This document shows, in pieces, positions 11,509-21,509 of a stretch of 64,000 bases of DNA. The notes beneath the pieces were generated by a model that made no database searches, was not told the origin of the DNA, and saw only the letters and a list, made by a program, of their open reading frames with translations. Source of the DNA: Alphaproteobacteria bacterium (GTDB lineage: Bacteria > Pseudomonadota > Alphaproteobacteria > UBA828 > JAPUJA01); contig CAVOEB010000004.1 in NCBI GenBank assembly GCA_963694715.1, forward strand, positions 11,783 to 75,782, read 5' to 3'. The position numbers and the translations under genes were made by a program. Each line of letters begins with the position of its first letter. The stretch's first letter is position 1.

Positions 11509-11823
11509 GTGGCGCATACCCAGGTGCCTTCGCTTGCCGCTACCGCCACGGTGGACGAGGTGGTCGCGGCGCTTAACGAGCATGGCGTCGTCGTCATCGA
11601 GCGGCTGCTCGACGAGGCGATGGTCGACAGGCTCATAGTCGAGCTCGCCCCCCACCTCGAAGCCAAAGGGACGGGCGTGGGCGAGATCACGGGCTATCAC
11701 ACCAAGCGGGTCTCGCGGATGCTCGCCAAGGTGCCGAGCTACGGCTAGCTGGTGATTAATCCGCTGATCCCCGCCACGGTCGAGAAAATTCTCGGGCCGC
11801 GCTGCCAGCACCTCCAGGTCGGC
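11509..11823 (+). pseudogene. PhyH-family dioxygenase 5' fragment
   Basis: Aligns to N-terminus of the 2.7-4.7 kb PhyH genes (SYG*LVINP vs AYGELVMNP; ILGPRCQHLQVG); in-frame TAG at 11746-11748; truncated before HxD. Confidence 0.8.
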
Positions 11824-12620
11824 GATGCCCTGGGCGTGGTCTCGAGTGCTGCGACCGAAATGGAAAGCTCGGCGCGTAACATGACCTCAATCACGGAAAT
11901 CGCGTCGGCGCAATCCACGGCCGTGGCCGCTGCCTCGGAGGAGGCCAGCGTCAATGTCCAGACTGTGGCATCGGCCGCGGAGGAGCTCTCCGCGTTGGTT
12001 CGGGGAATTTTCCGCCAGGCCCAGAAATAGAGCGAAATCGCCCAAGGCGCGGTCTCGGAATCCGAGGAGGCGACGAACAAGGTGCAGGGCCTCGAGGAGG
12101 CCTCGCAGCGGATCGGCGAGATCGTCGATCTGATCACCGACATCGCGAGCCAGACCAATCTGCTCGCGCTCAACGCCACGATCGAAGCGGCGCGCGCCGG
12201 AGACGCCGGCAAGGGCTTCGCCGTGGTCGCGTCGGAGGTCAAGAACCTGGCGGTCCAGACCGCCCGGGCGGCCGAGGATATCGCGAGCCAGGTCGGCGAG
12301 ACCCAGACGGCAACGGGCTCCGCGGTGCATTTGATTGAGGGCATCAGCAAGACGGTGACCCAAATCAACGAAATCACCGCCGGCATCTCGGCGGCGGTGG
12401 AGGAGCAGGGCGCCCAACGGCACAGATTTCGCAAAATATGCAAGAGGCCGCCAAGGGCACTCAGGACGTCGGCTCCAACATCGAGAAAGCTGCGGGCGCC
12501 GTAACAGAAACCGGCACCGCCGCAACACAGGTCTTCGATGGATCGCAGGAACTTTCCAAGCAATCGGTGCTGCTGAACGATCAGGTCAAGACCTTCCTGG
12601 ACCAGATACGGGCGGCTTAG
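11824..12620 (+). pseudogene. Methyl-accepting chemotaxis protein, signalling-domain fragment
   Basis: [34 protein letters not shown]; TAG at 12028-12030, frameshift near 12420, no sensor/TM region. Confidence 0.85.
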
Positions 12621-12826
12621 CCGCACAGACTTCGAACGGGCCGGGCCTGCGCCGCGCCGTCGGAAAGGGCCCACGCGAATCGCGCTCTACCGATTTCGCT
12701 GCTCAAGTAACGAAAACCGGGGCCCCGGCCCAAGGCAAACCGCGCGTTGCTGTCGCGGAGTTGGCGCCGCGACGCTGAACCCCGTAAACTGCACGGCGAT
12801 TCCCGCCCTCATACCACGCGCTGCCC

Positions 12827-13765
12827 ATGCCCCTAAATCCAGACCAGAAAGCTGAAGTCGACGCCCAGCGGGCCGGGGCCCAGGTAACGCGCCGCGCGGT
12901 CTCGCCGGGGCTCGAGGAAATTCTCTATGAGCCCATCGCGCTCTTGAATCACGGCTTCGTCCGGGCGATCGACTACATGGGCGACGATGGCGCCATCGTG
13001 CAGGCCGCTAGGGTCTCCTACGGCCGGGGCACGCGCAAGGTCTCGGAGGATTCGGGGCTGATCAACTACTTGATGCGCCACCGCCACACCACGCCCTTCG
13101 AGATGTGCGAGATCAAGTATCACGTCAAACTGCCGATCTTCGTCGCGCGCCAGTGGATCCGCCACCGCACCGCCAACGTGAACGAATATTCCGCGCGCTA
13201 CTCGATCCTCGACAAGGAGTTCTACATCCCCGAGCCGGAGCACCTGGCCGCCCAGTCGGCGTCGAACCGCCAGGGCCGAGCCGAGCCGCTGGCGGGCGAG
13301 GAGGCGGCGCGGGTGTTTACGCTGCTGCGCGAAGATTCCGAGCGCGCCTATGCGCATTACCTGGAAATGCTCAACGACGGCGACGACGGCGAGCCGCTCG
13401 ATCCCGAGCGCTCAGGGTTGGCGCGTGAGCTCGCGCGGATGAACCTCTCGCTCAACTTCTATACCCAGTGGTACTGGAAGATCGACCTGCACAACCTGTT
13501 CCACTTCCTTAGCTTGCGCGCCGATCCCCACGCGCAATACGAAATCCGAGTCTATGCGGACGCCATGGCCGAGACCGTGAAGCGCTGGGTGCCGCTCGCG
13601 TATGACGCCTTCGAGCAGTACGGCATGGGCGGCGTGCAGCTTTCGGCCAAGGGCCTTGAAGTGGTCAAGAATCTGATCGTAGGCGAGGCTGTCGATCAGG
13701 CGGACAGCGGCCTGTCCGCGCGCGAATGGCGCGAGCTGATGGAGACGCTCGGGCGGGAGGAATAA
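12827..13765 (+). CDS. thyX: FAD-dependent thymidylate synthase
   Basis: [18 protein letters not shown] ThyX motif, HAQYEIR. Confidence 0.95.
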   Translation: MPLNPDQKAEVDAQRAGAQVTRRAVSPGLEEILYEPIALLNHGFVRAIDYMGDDGAIVQAARVSYGRGTRKVSEDSGLINYLMRHRHTTPFEMCEIKYHVKLPIFVARQWIRHRTANVNEYSARYSILDKEFYIPEPEHLAAQSASNRQGRAEPLAGEEAARVFTLLREDSERAYAHYLEMLNDGDDGEPLDPERSGLARELARMNLSLNFYTQWYWKIDLHNLFHFLSLRADPHAQYEIRVYADAMAETVKRWVPLAYDAFEQYGMGGVQLSAKGLEVVKNLIVGEAVDQADSGLSAREWRELMETLGREE

Positions 13766-13771
13766 AAAGCA

Positions 13772-14286
13772 GCCACGCACGGCCGCAAACGCTTGGTGCC
13801 TGACGAATTCAAGGTTCCGGAAAGCCTGGAGACCCCGCGCTTTCGTCTGCGCATGCTGAGCGTGCATGACGTGGCTAAGGACTACGACGCGGCGCGGTGA
13901 TGTCGAGCGTCGACCATCTAGAGTCGACCTATAGCAGGGAGTCCGGCGGCGGCTGGCCCAGGGGGCTAGCATTCGAAGACGACCTAATCGATTTGGGCTG
14001 GCACCAGCGGGAATTCACCATGGGCTTTTCCTTTGCCTACACGGTGATGAGCCCCGGCGAAATCCGCTGCCTGGGGTGCGTTTATATCAACCCGACCCTG
14101 CGCACAGGTTTCGATGCCTCCGTCACGCTCTGAGTGCGCGCCGATGAGCTCGCCTTGGGTCTCGACGACGATCTTTACGGTGCGGTCAGAGACTGGATTG
14201 CCTCGGCATAGCCATTCAAGAATCCCACTTTCCCGGGGCTCGTGATTCCACTGGACGAATGGAACGCCCTGCCGCTCGACGGTTAA
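13772..14286 (+). pseudogene. GNAT-family acetyltransferase pseudogene
   Basis: LVPDEFKVPESLETPRFRLRML...DYDA / VMSSVDHL...SFAYTVMSPGEIRCLGCVYINP; frameshift near 13895, TGA at 14131 and a further TAG, both at probable Trp positions. Confidence 0.7.
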
Positions 14287-14296
14287 GAGGATTTCT

Positions 14297-14392
14297 TCGC
14301 TCACGGCAGCAGACCTGACGGTCTGCGCCTGCGCGGACGCGCCGCAGTTGCGGCGGGCTGCAGTCGCAGCCTCGGTTTCGGCCCTGCGGGCC
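14297..14392 (+). repeat. Intergenic repeat family, composite copy C
   Basis: tcgctcacggcagcagacctgacggtctgcgcctgcgcggacgcgccg (42/48 identical to 32748 copy) plus gcggcgggctgcagtcgcagcc tail. Confidence 0.8.
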
Positions 14393-15514
14393 TTACTGAA
14401 TAACGATTTTGGGAGCCTGGCGGGCCGGATCACTAAGGGATTCATCGATCTTAGCCATGACCTTGGCAGCGATTTCGAGGTAGACCTTGGCGTGGGGGCT
14501 CTCGGGGTTCGAGGCTACGATGGGCAGGCCCGCATCGGAAGTTTCGCGGATCTCGATATCGAGGGGAATCTCGCCCAGAAAATCGGTCTCGATCTGGGCC
14601 GCCACCTTTCTCGCGCCGCCGTGGCTGAAGATATCAGCCTGATGGCCGCATTCGGGGCAGATGTAATAGCTCATGTTCTCGATAATGCCGAACACGGGCA
14701 CTGAAACCTGCTTGAACATGTTCAGCCCCTTGCGCGCGTCGAGGAGCGCTATGTCCTGGGGGGTAGAAACGATCACCGCGCCGGCCAGGGGCACGCGCTG
14801 GGAGATCGTGAGCTGGGCGTCGCCCGTGCCGGGAGGAAGATCGATGACCAGGACGTCGAGCTCGCCCCAGGCAACGTCGCGCAGCATCTGCTCGATTGCG
14901 CTCATCACCATCGGCCCGCGCCAGATCATCGGCGTGTCCTCGCCGACCAGGAAGCCGATCGACATGCATTTGACGCCATGGTTTTCCATGGGCTGGAGGG
15001 TCTTGCCGTCGGGCGAGTAGGGCTGGCCCTGGAGGCGCATCATGCGCGGGATCGAGGGGCCGTAGATATCGGCGTCAAGCAGTCCGACCTTGTTACCCAT
15101 CTCGGCCATGGCCACTGCGAGGTTCACGGCCGTGGTCGATTTGCCGACGCCGCCCTTGCCGCTGGCCACGGCGACCATGGCGCGCACACCGGGAATGGTG
15201 GGTTTTTCCGGGGCCGCCTGGGGTTGCGCGGGCGCGGGCGCGGCGCCGCCGTTTCCGGGTGCGGCGCGGTCGGCGGTGAGCACGGCGGTAACCGAGAGCA
15301 CGCCCTCGATCGCCTCGACCGCTTTTTCGCAGGCCACGCGCAGGGCTTCTTTCGCCTCGGCCTCGTCGGGATTGATCTCGATGGCGAATCCGACGTTGTT
15401 GTCGCGGATCACGATGCCGGAAATCATCCCCAGCGTAATGACGCTGGCGCCGCGTGCCGCATCGTCGACGGTCTTGAGCGCATCGAGCACCTGCTGCTTG
15501 GTCACCTCGGCCAT
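14393..15514 (-). CDS. apbC: Mrp/NBP35 Fe-S cluster carrier ATPase
   Basis: VASGKGGVGKST, DADIYGPSIP, IDLPPGTGD, ENMSYYICPECG. Confidence 0.93.
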   Translation of the reverse strand: MAEVTKQQVLDALKTVDDAARGASVITLGMISGIVIRDNNVGFAIEINPDEAEAKEALRVACEKAVEAIEGVLSVTAVLTADRAAPGNGGAAPAPAQPQAAPEKPTIPGVRAMVAVASGKGGVGKSTTAVNLAVAMAEMGNKVGLLDADIYGPSIPRMMRLQGQPYSPDGKTLQPMENHGVKCMSIGFLVGEDTPMIWRGPMVMSAIEQMLRDVAWGELDVLVIDLPPGTGDAQLTISQRVPLAGAVIVSTPQDIALLDARKGLNMFKQVSVPVFGIIENMSYYICPECGHQADIFSHGGARKVAAQIETDFLGEIPLDIEIRETSDAGLPIVASNPESPHAKVYLEIAAKVMAKIDESLSDPARQAPKIVIQ

Positions 15515-15678
15515 GGCGTCGTCTATCTCCCCGATTTGCGCGCTCCAGCTTAGGAAAGCTGGGCGGGCCATATTGCGTTAACACTCGGCGTGACATATAT
15601 AGCAGGGACGAGACAATTCAAATCCGATCCTCGAGCGGGTTCGGGGTTCCTGATAGGCGAGCGAAGGGTAAGACGCAT

Positions 15679-16755
15679 ATGCCGACGAACCAGGGTGGCG
15701 GAGGCGGCGGTCAGGGACCGTGGGGCCGTGGGCCCGCAGGACCGGGCCAGCCCGACCTCGAGGAATTCCTGCGCCGTAGCCAGGAGCGCGTAAAGCGCTG
15801 GTTCCCGGGCGGCGCCAAGGGCACGCGCGGGGTTGTGATCTTGGTACTGATCGCCATCGCGATCTGGCTCGCGAGCGGCTTTTACCGCGTCCAGCCGGAT
15901 GAGCAGGGCGTGGTGATGCGCTTCGGCGAATGGGTCAAGACCACCCAGCCGGGTCTGAATTATCACCTGCCCACACCCATCGAATCGGTCAAGACACCGA
16001 AGATTCTCAAGATCAACAGGGTCGAGATCGGCTTCCGATCGAACCCCGATCTGCGCGGCACGGGCTCCCGCCCGGTGCTTGGCGAGAGCCTGATGCTGAC
16101 CGGTGACGAGAACATCGTCGACATCAACTTCACCGTGTTTTGGCAGATCAAGGACGCCGGACAATTCCTGTTCAACATTCGCAGCCCGGAACAAACGATA
16201 CAGGACGTGTCGGAAAGCGCGATGCGCGAGATCATCGGCAAGACCGAGATCGCAAGCGCGCTGGCCGAAGGCCGCGCCGCGATCGAGGCAGAAACCCATG
16301 AGTTGATCCAATCCGTGCTCGACGAGTACGGTGCGGGGGTCCTCGTGCGTAACGTCGAGCTTCAGAAGGTCGATCCGCCCGAGGCGGTGATCGAGTCGTT
16401 CCGCGACGTACAGCGGGCACGCGCCGACCAGCAGCGCGAGATCAACCAGGCCGAGGGCTACCGCCGCGACATCCTGCCCCGCGCCCGCGGCGAGGCCGAG
16501 CGTATCCTGCAGGAAGCGCAGGCCTACCGCGAGGAGCGGGTCGCCGCGGCCGAGGGCGACGCCCAGCGCTTCCTCTCGGTCTATGAGGAATACCGCCAGG
16601 CCAAGGAAATCACGCGCAAGCGCATCTTCCTCGAGACCATGGAGGGAATCCTGGACGGGATGGACAAGATCATCGTCGATATCGACGGCTCCGGCGTGCT
16701 GCCCTACCTGCCGCTAAACGAGCTGCAGAAATCGAAGCAGCAGGGGGAGAACTAG
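15679..16755 (+). CDS. hflK: FtsH modulator HflK
   Basis: SPFH domain, MLTGDENIVD, GVLPYLPL. Confidence 0.95.
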   Translation: MPTNQGGGGGGQGPWGRGPAGPGQPDLEEFLRRSQERVKRWFPGGAKGTRGVVILVLIAIAIWLASGFYRVQPDEQGVVMRFGEWVKTTQPGLNYHLPTPIESVKTPKILKINRVEIGFRSNPDLRGTGSRPVLGESLMLTGDENIVDINFTVFWQIKDAGQFLFNIRSPEQTIQDVSESAMREIIGKTEIASALAEGRAAIEAETHELIQSVLDEYGAGVLVRNVELQKVDPPEAVIESFRDVQRARADQQREINQAEGYRRDILPRARGEAERILQEAQAYREERVAAAEGDAQRFLSVYEEYRQAKEITRKRIFLETMEGILDGMDKIIVDIDGSGVLPYLPLNELQKSKQQGEN

Positions 16756-16758
16756 GTC

Positions 16759-17634
16759 ATGAGCCGCGGACGCCTCATCGCCATCGGTATCGGGTTGCTC
16801 GTCATCCTGATCCTGGCAATCGCTTCGACCTTCAAGGTGCGCCAGGGTGAGCAGGCGCTGCTCCTCCAGTTCGGCGACCCGCGTGCGGTCATCACCGAGC
16901 CCGGCCTCTACGTGAAGATCCCGTTCGTCCAGAACGTCGAATATTTCGAGAGACGCATCTTGGACTATGATGTGCCTGTCGAAGAGGTCATCGGCTCGGA
17001 CCAGAAGCGCCTCGTCGTCGATACCTTCACACGCTACCGGATCGTCGACCCGCTCAAGTTCTACCAGACAGTGGGATCGGAAGCCGCGGTGCGCGCGCGG
17101 CTCGGTGCCATCCTCAACGCCCGGACCCGCGAGGTCCTGGGCCAGGTGCCGCTGATCACCGTGCTTTCGGGCGAGCGGCGCGACTTGATGGGGCGGATCG
17201 CCGCCTTGGTGAACCTCGACGCCGACGGTTTCGGGGTCGACGTGCTCGACGTGCGCATCAAGCGGGCCGATTTGCCGGTGCAGAACAGCCAGGCGATTTA
17301 CCTACGCATGCAGACGGAACGCGAACGTGAGGCCAAGGAGTTCCGTGCCCAGGGTGCGGAGATGGCCCAGCGTATTCGCTCGTCGGCCGAACGCGAGCGC
17401 ACGGTGCTTATCGCCGAGGCCGAGCGCGACGCCCAAATCCTGCGCGGCGAGGGCGATGCCCAGCGCATCCGTATTTTCGGCGAGGCGGTCAGCATAGACC
17501 CTGAATTCTATTCCTTCCATCGCAGCATGGAGGCCTACGGCCGCGCGTTTTCGTCCGAAGACACCACCATGGTGCTGAGCCCGGATAGCGAGTTCTTCGA
17601 GTATTTCGACACTGCGCCCGGGTTGGGAGACTGA
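16759..17634 (+). CDS. hflC: FtsH modulator HflC
   Basis: DVRIKRADLP, DPEFYSFHRSMEAY, LSPDSEFF. Confidence 0.95.
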   Translation: MSRGRLIAIGIGLLVILILAIASTFKVRQGEQALLLQFGDPRAVITEPGLYVKIPFVQNVEYFERRILDYDVPVEEVIGSDQKRLVVDTFTRYRIVDPLKFYQTVGSEAAVRARLGAILNARTREVLGQVPLITVLSGERRDLMGRIAALVNLDADGFGVDVLDVRIKRADLPVQNSQAIYLRMQTEREREAKEFRAQGAEMAQRIRSSAERERTVLIAEAERDAQILRGEGDAQRIRIFGEAVSIDPEFYSFHRSMEAYGRAFSSEDTTMVLSPDSEFFEYFDTAPGLGD

Positions 17635-17677
17635 CCGCTTGCGCGTCGCCCGCCGGCCCGTTGCCGGAGTGTGCTCG

Positions 17678-19141
17678 ATGACCATCATGACCTCACCAAT
17701 CGAGGCCTTGGGCCGCGTCGTCCCGGCCGGCCTCGCCGTTCTGCTGCTAGTCGTGGCCGGCGCCCAGGCGCGCACGCCCACGGAGAGCTTTGCCGACCTG
17801 GTCGAGCAGCTGACGCCCGCGGTGGTCAATATCTCGACCACTCAAGAGGCGCCGGCGAACCCCCACGGCGGGGGCGAGGGCGCGGACGAGTTTTTCGACT
17901 ATTTCGGGCTGCCCAACCCCCACGACGAGGGCGCGCCGAACGGCCAGCCTGTCACCTCGCTGGGCTCGGGCTTCATCGTGGACGCCAGCGGCCTCGTGGT
18001 GACCAACAACCACGTCATCAAGGGCGCCAGCGCGATCATGGTGATCCTGGAAGACGAAACGCAGCTTGTCGCCGAACTCCTGGGGCGCGACACGCGAACC
18101 GACCTTGCCTTGCTCAAGGTCGAAGCGGACGGGCCCTTGCCCTTCGTCCAATTCGGCGATTCCGATGGCGCACGGGTGGGCGACTGGGTGATCGCCATCG
18201 GCAATCCATTTGGATTGGGCAACACCGTGACGGCAGGCATCGTCTCGGCGCGCGGACGCGACATCAACGCCGGCCCCTACGACGATTTTATCCAGACCGA
18301 CGCGCCGATCAACCGAGGCAATTCCGGCGGTCCGATGTTCAACATGGACGGCAAGGTGATCGGTATAAACACGCTGATCTTTTCGCCTTCGGGCGGCAGT
18401 GTGGGGATCGGGTTCGCGACCCCCGCCTCGCTTGCTTCTCCGATCATCGAGCAGCTCGCCAGCCACGGCCACGCCAGGCGGGGCTGGCTCGGCGTACGCA
18501 TCCAGACGGTCTCTGCGGAAATCGCGGAAAACCTGGGCCTGGCCGAGGCGGCGGGCGCGCTGGTGGCCTCGGTAACCGAGGGGGGCCCGGCCGCGACGGC
18601 GGAAATCCTGCCGGGCGACGTGATCTTGCGGTTCGATGGCATCGACGTGCCCACGCGCCGCGACCTGCCGCGTATCGTCGCCGACACGCCGGCGGGCAAA
18701 GAAGTCGCCGTGGAAGTCTGGCGCGACGGCGAGCAGGTCACGATCGCCGTGACGATCGGGGAGTTGGCCGATGAGCCGACCGCCCTTGCCGCCGCTGAGC
18801 CCCCGCCCGAGACCACAGACGTGACGCCCGCCGAGACGCCGGGGCAGGTTACGGTTGCGGGCCTAGTGGTCGCGGCGCTGACGCCTGAGCTTCGTACGCG
18901 CTTTAGTCTGGCCGACGATGCGGCGGGCCTCATCGTGCTTGAGGTCGACGAAGGCGCGGCTCATAGCGGCTTCGAGGTCGGCGATCTTATCGTCGCGGTG
19001 GGGTCGCGCGAGGTGGACAATCCCGAAGCTCTGGCCCAAGCGGTTGAAACTTTGCGCGAGAATGGCATCGACGCCGCTTTCTTGTTGCGTGATCGGGCGG
19101 GCAGCCGGCGCTTCGTGCCACTGGAGTTCGGCACGGGCTAG
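17678..19141 (+). CDS. degP: DegP/DegQ periplasmic serine protease with two PDZ domains
   Basis: TNNHV, DLALLK, INRGNSGGP triad; RGWLGV PDZ; start approximate. Confidence 0.9.
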   Translation: MTIMTSPIEALGRVVPAGLAVLLLVVAGAQARTPTESFADLVEQLTPAVVNISTTQEAPANPHGGGEGADEFFDYFGLPNPHDEGAPNGQPVTSLGSGFIVDASGLVVTNNHVIKGASAIMVILEDETQLVAELLGRDTRTDLALLKVEADGPLPFVQFGDSDGARVGDWVIAIGNPFGLGNTVTAGIVSARGRDINAGPYDDFIQTDAPINRGNSGGPMFNMDGKVIGINTLIFSPSGGSVGIGFATPASLASPIIEQLASHGHARRGWLGVRIQTVSAEIAENLGLAEAAGALVASVTEGGPAATAEILPGDVILRFDGIDVPTRRDLPRIVADTPAGKEVAVEVWRDGEQVTIAVTIGELADEPTALAAAEPPPETTDVTPAETPGQVTVAGLVVAALTPELRTRFSLADDAAGLIVLEVDEGAAHSGFEVGDLIVAVGSREVDNPEALAQAVETLRENGIDAAFLLRDRAGSRRFVPLEFGTG

Positions 19142-19170
19142 AAACCCGCGCCGGCGCGTGGAGCAAGACC

Positions 19171-20427
19171 GTGAGCAGCCAGGACGCGCAAGCCACAGCC
19201 GAAAATGCAGGACCGCTGGTCCGCCCCTTTGCGGGGCTGCGCCCGTCGCCGGCGCGGGCGGCCGACTTCGCGGCGCCTCCCTACGACGTGCTGAGCAGCG
19301 AGGAAGCGCGCGTCCAGGCGACGGGCCGGCCCGTCAGCTTCCTGCATATCACCAAGCCGGAAATAGATTTTCCGCCCGGCGCGGCGCCTGCGGGAGCGGC
19401 GTTGCACGAGCACGCCGGGGCCCGCTTTCGCGCCCTGTGCGCCGACGGGCGATTGGCCGCCGACTCGGCGCCCAGCTACACGCTCTATCGCCTGACCCGG
19501 GGCAGGCACAGCCAGACCGGCGTGGTGCTCACCGCCTCGATCGAGGCGTACCGCGACGGCCGCATCCGCCGCCACGAGCTGACCCGGCCTGACAAGGAGG
19601 ACGACCGGGTGCTCAACATCGAGGGCGTCGGTGCACAGACCGAGCCCGTGTTGCTGTTGCACCGGCCCGACCCGGTTTTAAGCGCCGAGATCAAGGCGCT
19701 GGCGGCGGCCAAACCCGAGGTCAAATTTAGCGACGACGAGGGGGTCGGCCACGCGCTCTGGCCGATTGCGGACGAAGCGGCAGTCAAGCGGCTCAACGCC
19801 CGGCTGAACGGGCTGGGTGCGCTCTATATCGCCGACGGTCATCACCGCTCAGCGGCGGCGGCGCGGATCGCCGAAGCCCAGCCCGAGGGCGCAGCGGCGT
19901 GGTTCCTCGCCGTGGCCTATTCCGCCGAGAGCGTGCGCATCCTCGACTACAACCGGGTGGTGCGCGACCTTGGGGGATTAAGTGCGGAAGCTTTTCTCGA
20001 TCGGCTGGAGGCGGAGTTTGCGGTGACCCGGGAGGCGGCGCCCGTGCGCCCGGGCGGGCGCCATGAATTTGGTCTCGTGCTGGCGGGGCAGTGGTACCGG
20101 CTGAGCTTATGCAATCCGCCCGCGGCGGAGGCGCCGGCGCTGGAGCGGCTCGACGTTGCGCTGCTGGCAAGCCATCTGCTCGAGCCCATCCTCGGGATCA
20201 GCGAGCCCCGAACCGACCCCCGGATCGACTTTATCGGCGGCGTGCGGGGGTTGGCAGCGCTCGAGGCGGCGGTTGCCTCGGGCGAGTGGGCGGCGGGCTT
20301 CGCGCTTTATCCCACCGCCATCGAGGACCTCATGGCGGTGGCCGATGCCGGGCTGGTGATGCCGCCAAAATCCACCTGGTTCGACCCCAAACTGGCCGAT
20401 GGCCTCGTCAGCTATCCTTTCGTCTGA
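19171..20427 (+). CDS. DUF1015 family protein
   Basis: APPYDV, IRRHELTRPDKEDDR, YIADGHHRSAAA, MPPKSTWFDPKLADGL. Confidence 0.88.
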   Translation: MSSQDAQATAENAGPLVRPFAGLRPSPARAADFAAPPYDVLSSEEARVQATGRPVSFLHITKPEIDFPPGAAPAGAALHEHAGARFRALCADGRLAADSAPSYTLYRLTRGRHSQTGVVLTASIEAYRDGRIRRHELTRPDKEDDRVLNIEGVGAQTEPVLLLHRPDPVLSAEIKALAAAKPEVKFSDDEGVGHALWPIADEAAVKRLNARLNGLGALYIADGHHRSAAAARIAEAQPEGAAAWFLAVAYSAESVRILDYNRVVRDLGGLSAEAFLDRLEAEFAVTREAAPVRPGGRHEFGLVLAGQWYRLSLCNPPAAEAPALERLDVALLASHLLEPILGISEPRTDPRIDFIGGVRGLAALEAAVASGEWAAGFALYPTAIEDLMAVADAGLVMPPKSTWFDPKLADGLVSYPFV

Positions 20428-21379
20428 GCCGGCGTCTGAGCCGGCGGTCCTGCTGCTGGCCGGGCCCACTGCGAGCGGAAAATCGGCGCTGGCGGTGGCG
20501 GCCGCACAAGCGCTCAACGGTGTGATCGTCAACGCAGACAGCATGCAGATCTACCGCGAGCTGAACCGGATCACGGCGCGGCCGGACGAGACCGCGCTGG
20601 CTGCCGCCCCCCATCGGCTCTACGGCGTGCGCGCCATGGCGGAGCCCTGCAGCGCGGCTGCGTGGCGGGCGCTGGCGGTGTCCGAGATCGCCGCCGCGCG
20701 GGCTGCCGGCCGGGTTGCAATCCTGACCGGCGGGACGGGGATGTATTTTCGCGCCCTTCGCCACGGGCTTGCGCCGGTGCCGCCGATTCCCGCGGCGGTG
20801 CGCGTTGCGGCGCGGGCCCAGTTGGAAGCGGAGGGCACGGACGTGCTCCACGCGAAGCTTGCGGTGCGCGATCCGGAGAGCGCGGCCCGGCTGTCGCCCG
20901 GGGACAGCCAGCGGATTTTGCGCGCCTGGGAGGTGCTTGAGGCGACCGGGCGCAGCCTGGCCGCATGGCAGCGCGAGCCGGCGGCGGACGGCGCGCCCGC
21001 GGGCCACCTGGTCGAGCTCGTGATCGAGCCCGCGCGCGATGTGCTCTATGCTGCCTGCGACGCCCGCTTCGCCGAGATTGTGGCGCAGGGTGGCGTCGAA
21101 GAGGCGGGCGCGATTGCAGCGCTGGACCTCGAACCAGCGCTTCCGGCTATGAAGGCCGTGGGCCTGCGCGAACTGATCGGGCTGGCTGCAGGCCGGATAA
21201 CCCGCGAGGAGGCGCTCGAGGCGGGGATGCGGGCGACCCGGCGCTATGCCAAGCGTCAGCTTACCTGGTTTCGCCACCAGATGGCGGACGCGGTGCGGAT
21301 CGAGGCGCGAGTGACCCCTGAGACGCTCGAGAACGCAGTCGCTGTGGCGAGCCGGATTGTGTTGACCGATTCGGCCTAA
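20399..21379 (+). CDS. miaA: tRNA dimethylallyltransferase
   Basis: GPTASGKS, NADSMQIY, GGTGMY, TRRYAKRQLTWF. Confidence 0.95.
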   Translation: MASSAILSSEPASEPAVLLLAGPTASGKSALAVAAAQALNGVIVNADSMQIYRELNRITARPDETALAAAPHRLYGVRAMAEPCSAAAWRALAVSEIAAARAAGRVAILTGGTGMYFRALRHGLAPVPPIPAAVRVAARAQLEAEGTDVLHAKLAVRDPESAARLSPGDSQRILRAWEVLEATGRSLAAWQREPAADGAPAGHLVELVIEPARDVLYAACDARFAEIVAQGGVEEAGAIAALDLEPALPAMKAVGLRELIGLAAGRITREEALEAGMRATRRYAKRQLTWFRHQMADAVRIEARVTPETLENAVAVASRIVLTDSA

Positions 21380-21509
21380 GCGACTATTTTTACTGGCCTT
21401 TACGGGCGCGCCGCACCAGATTACTTGCAAGGGAATGCTGCTGAACCCAGGGGCGCGGTGGCGCGCCGTCATGGCGTGAGGCGGCCTGCGGCCTCAGGAA
21501 AGGCAAAAC

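Noticed and set aside
12715-12760. Possible seventh copy of the intergenic repeat
   Set aside because: Similarity is too weak to separate from GC-rich background by eye.
21380-21509. Branched-chain amino acid attenuator or leader peptide before ilvI (also looked before leuA)
   Set aside because: No short Leu/Ile/Val-rich ORF with a terminator was identifiable.
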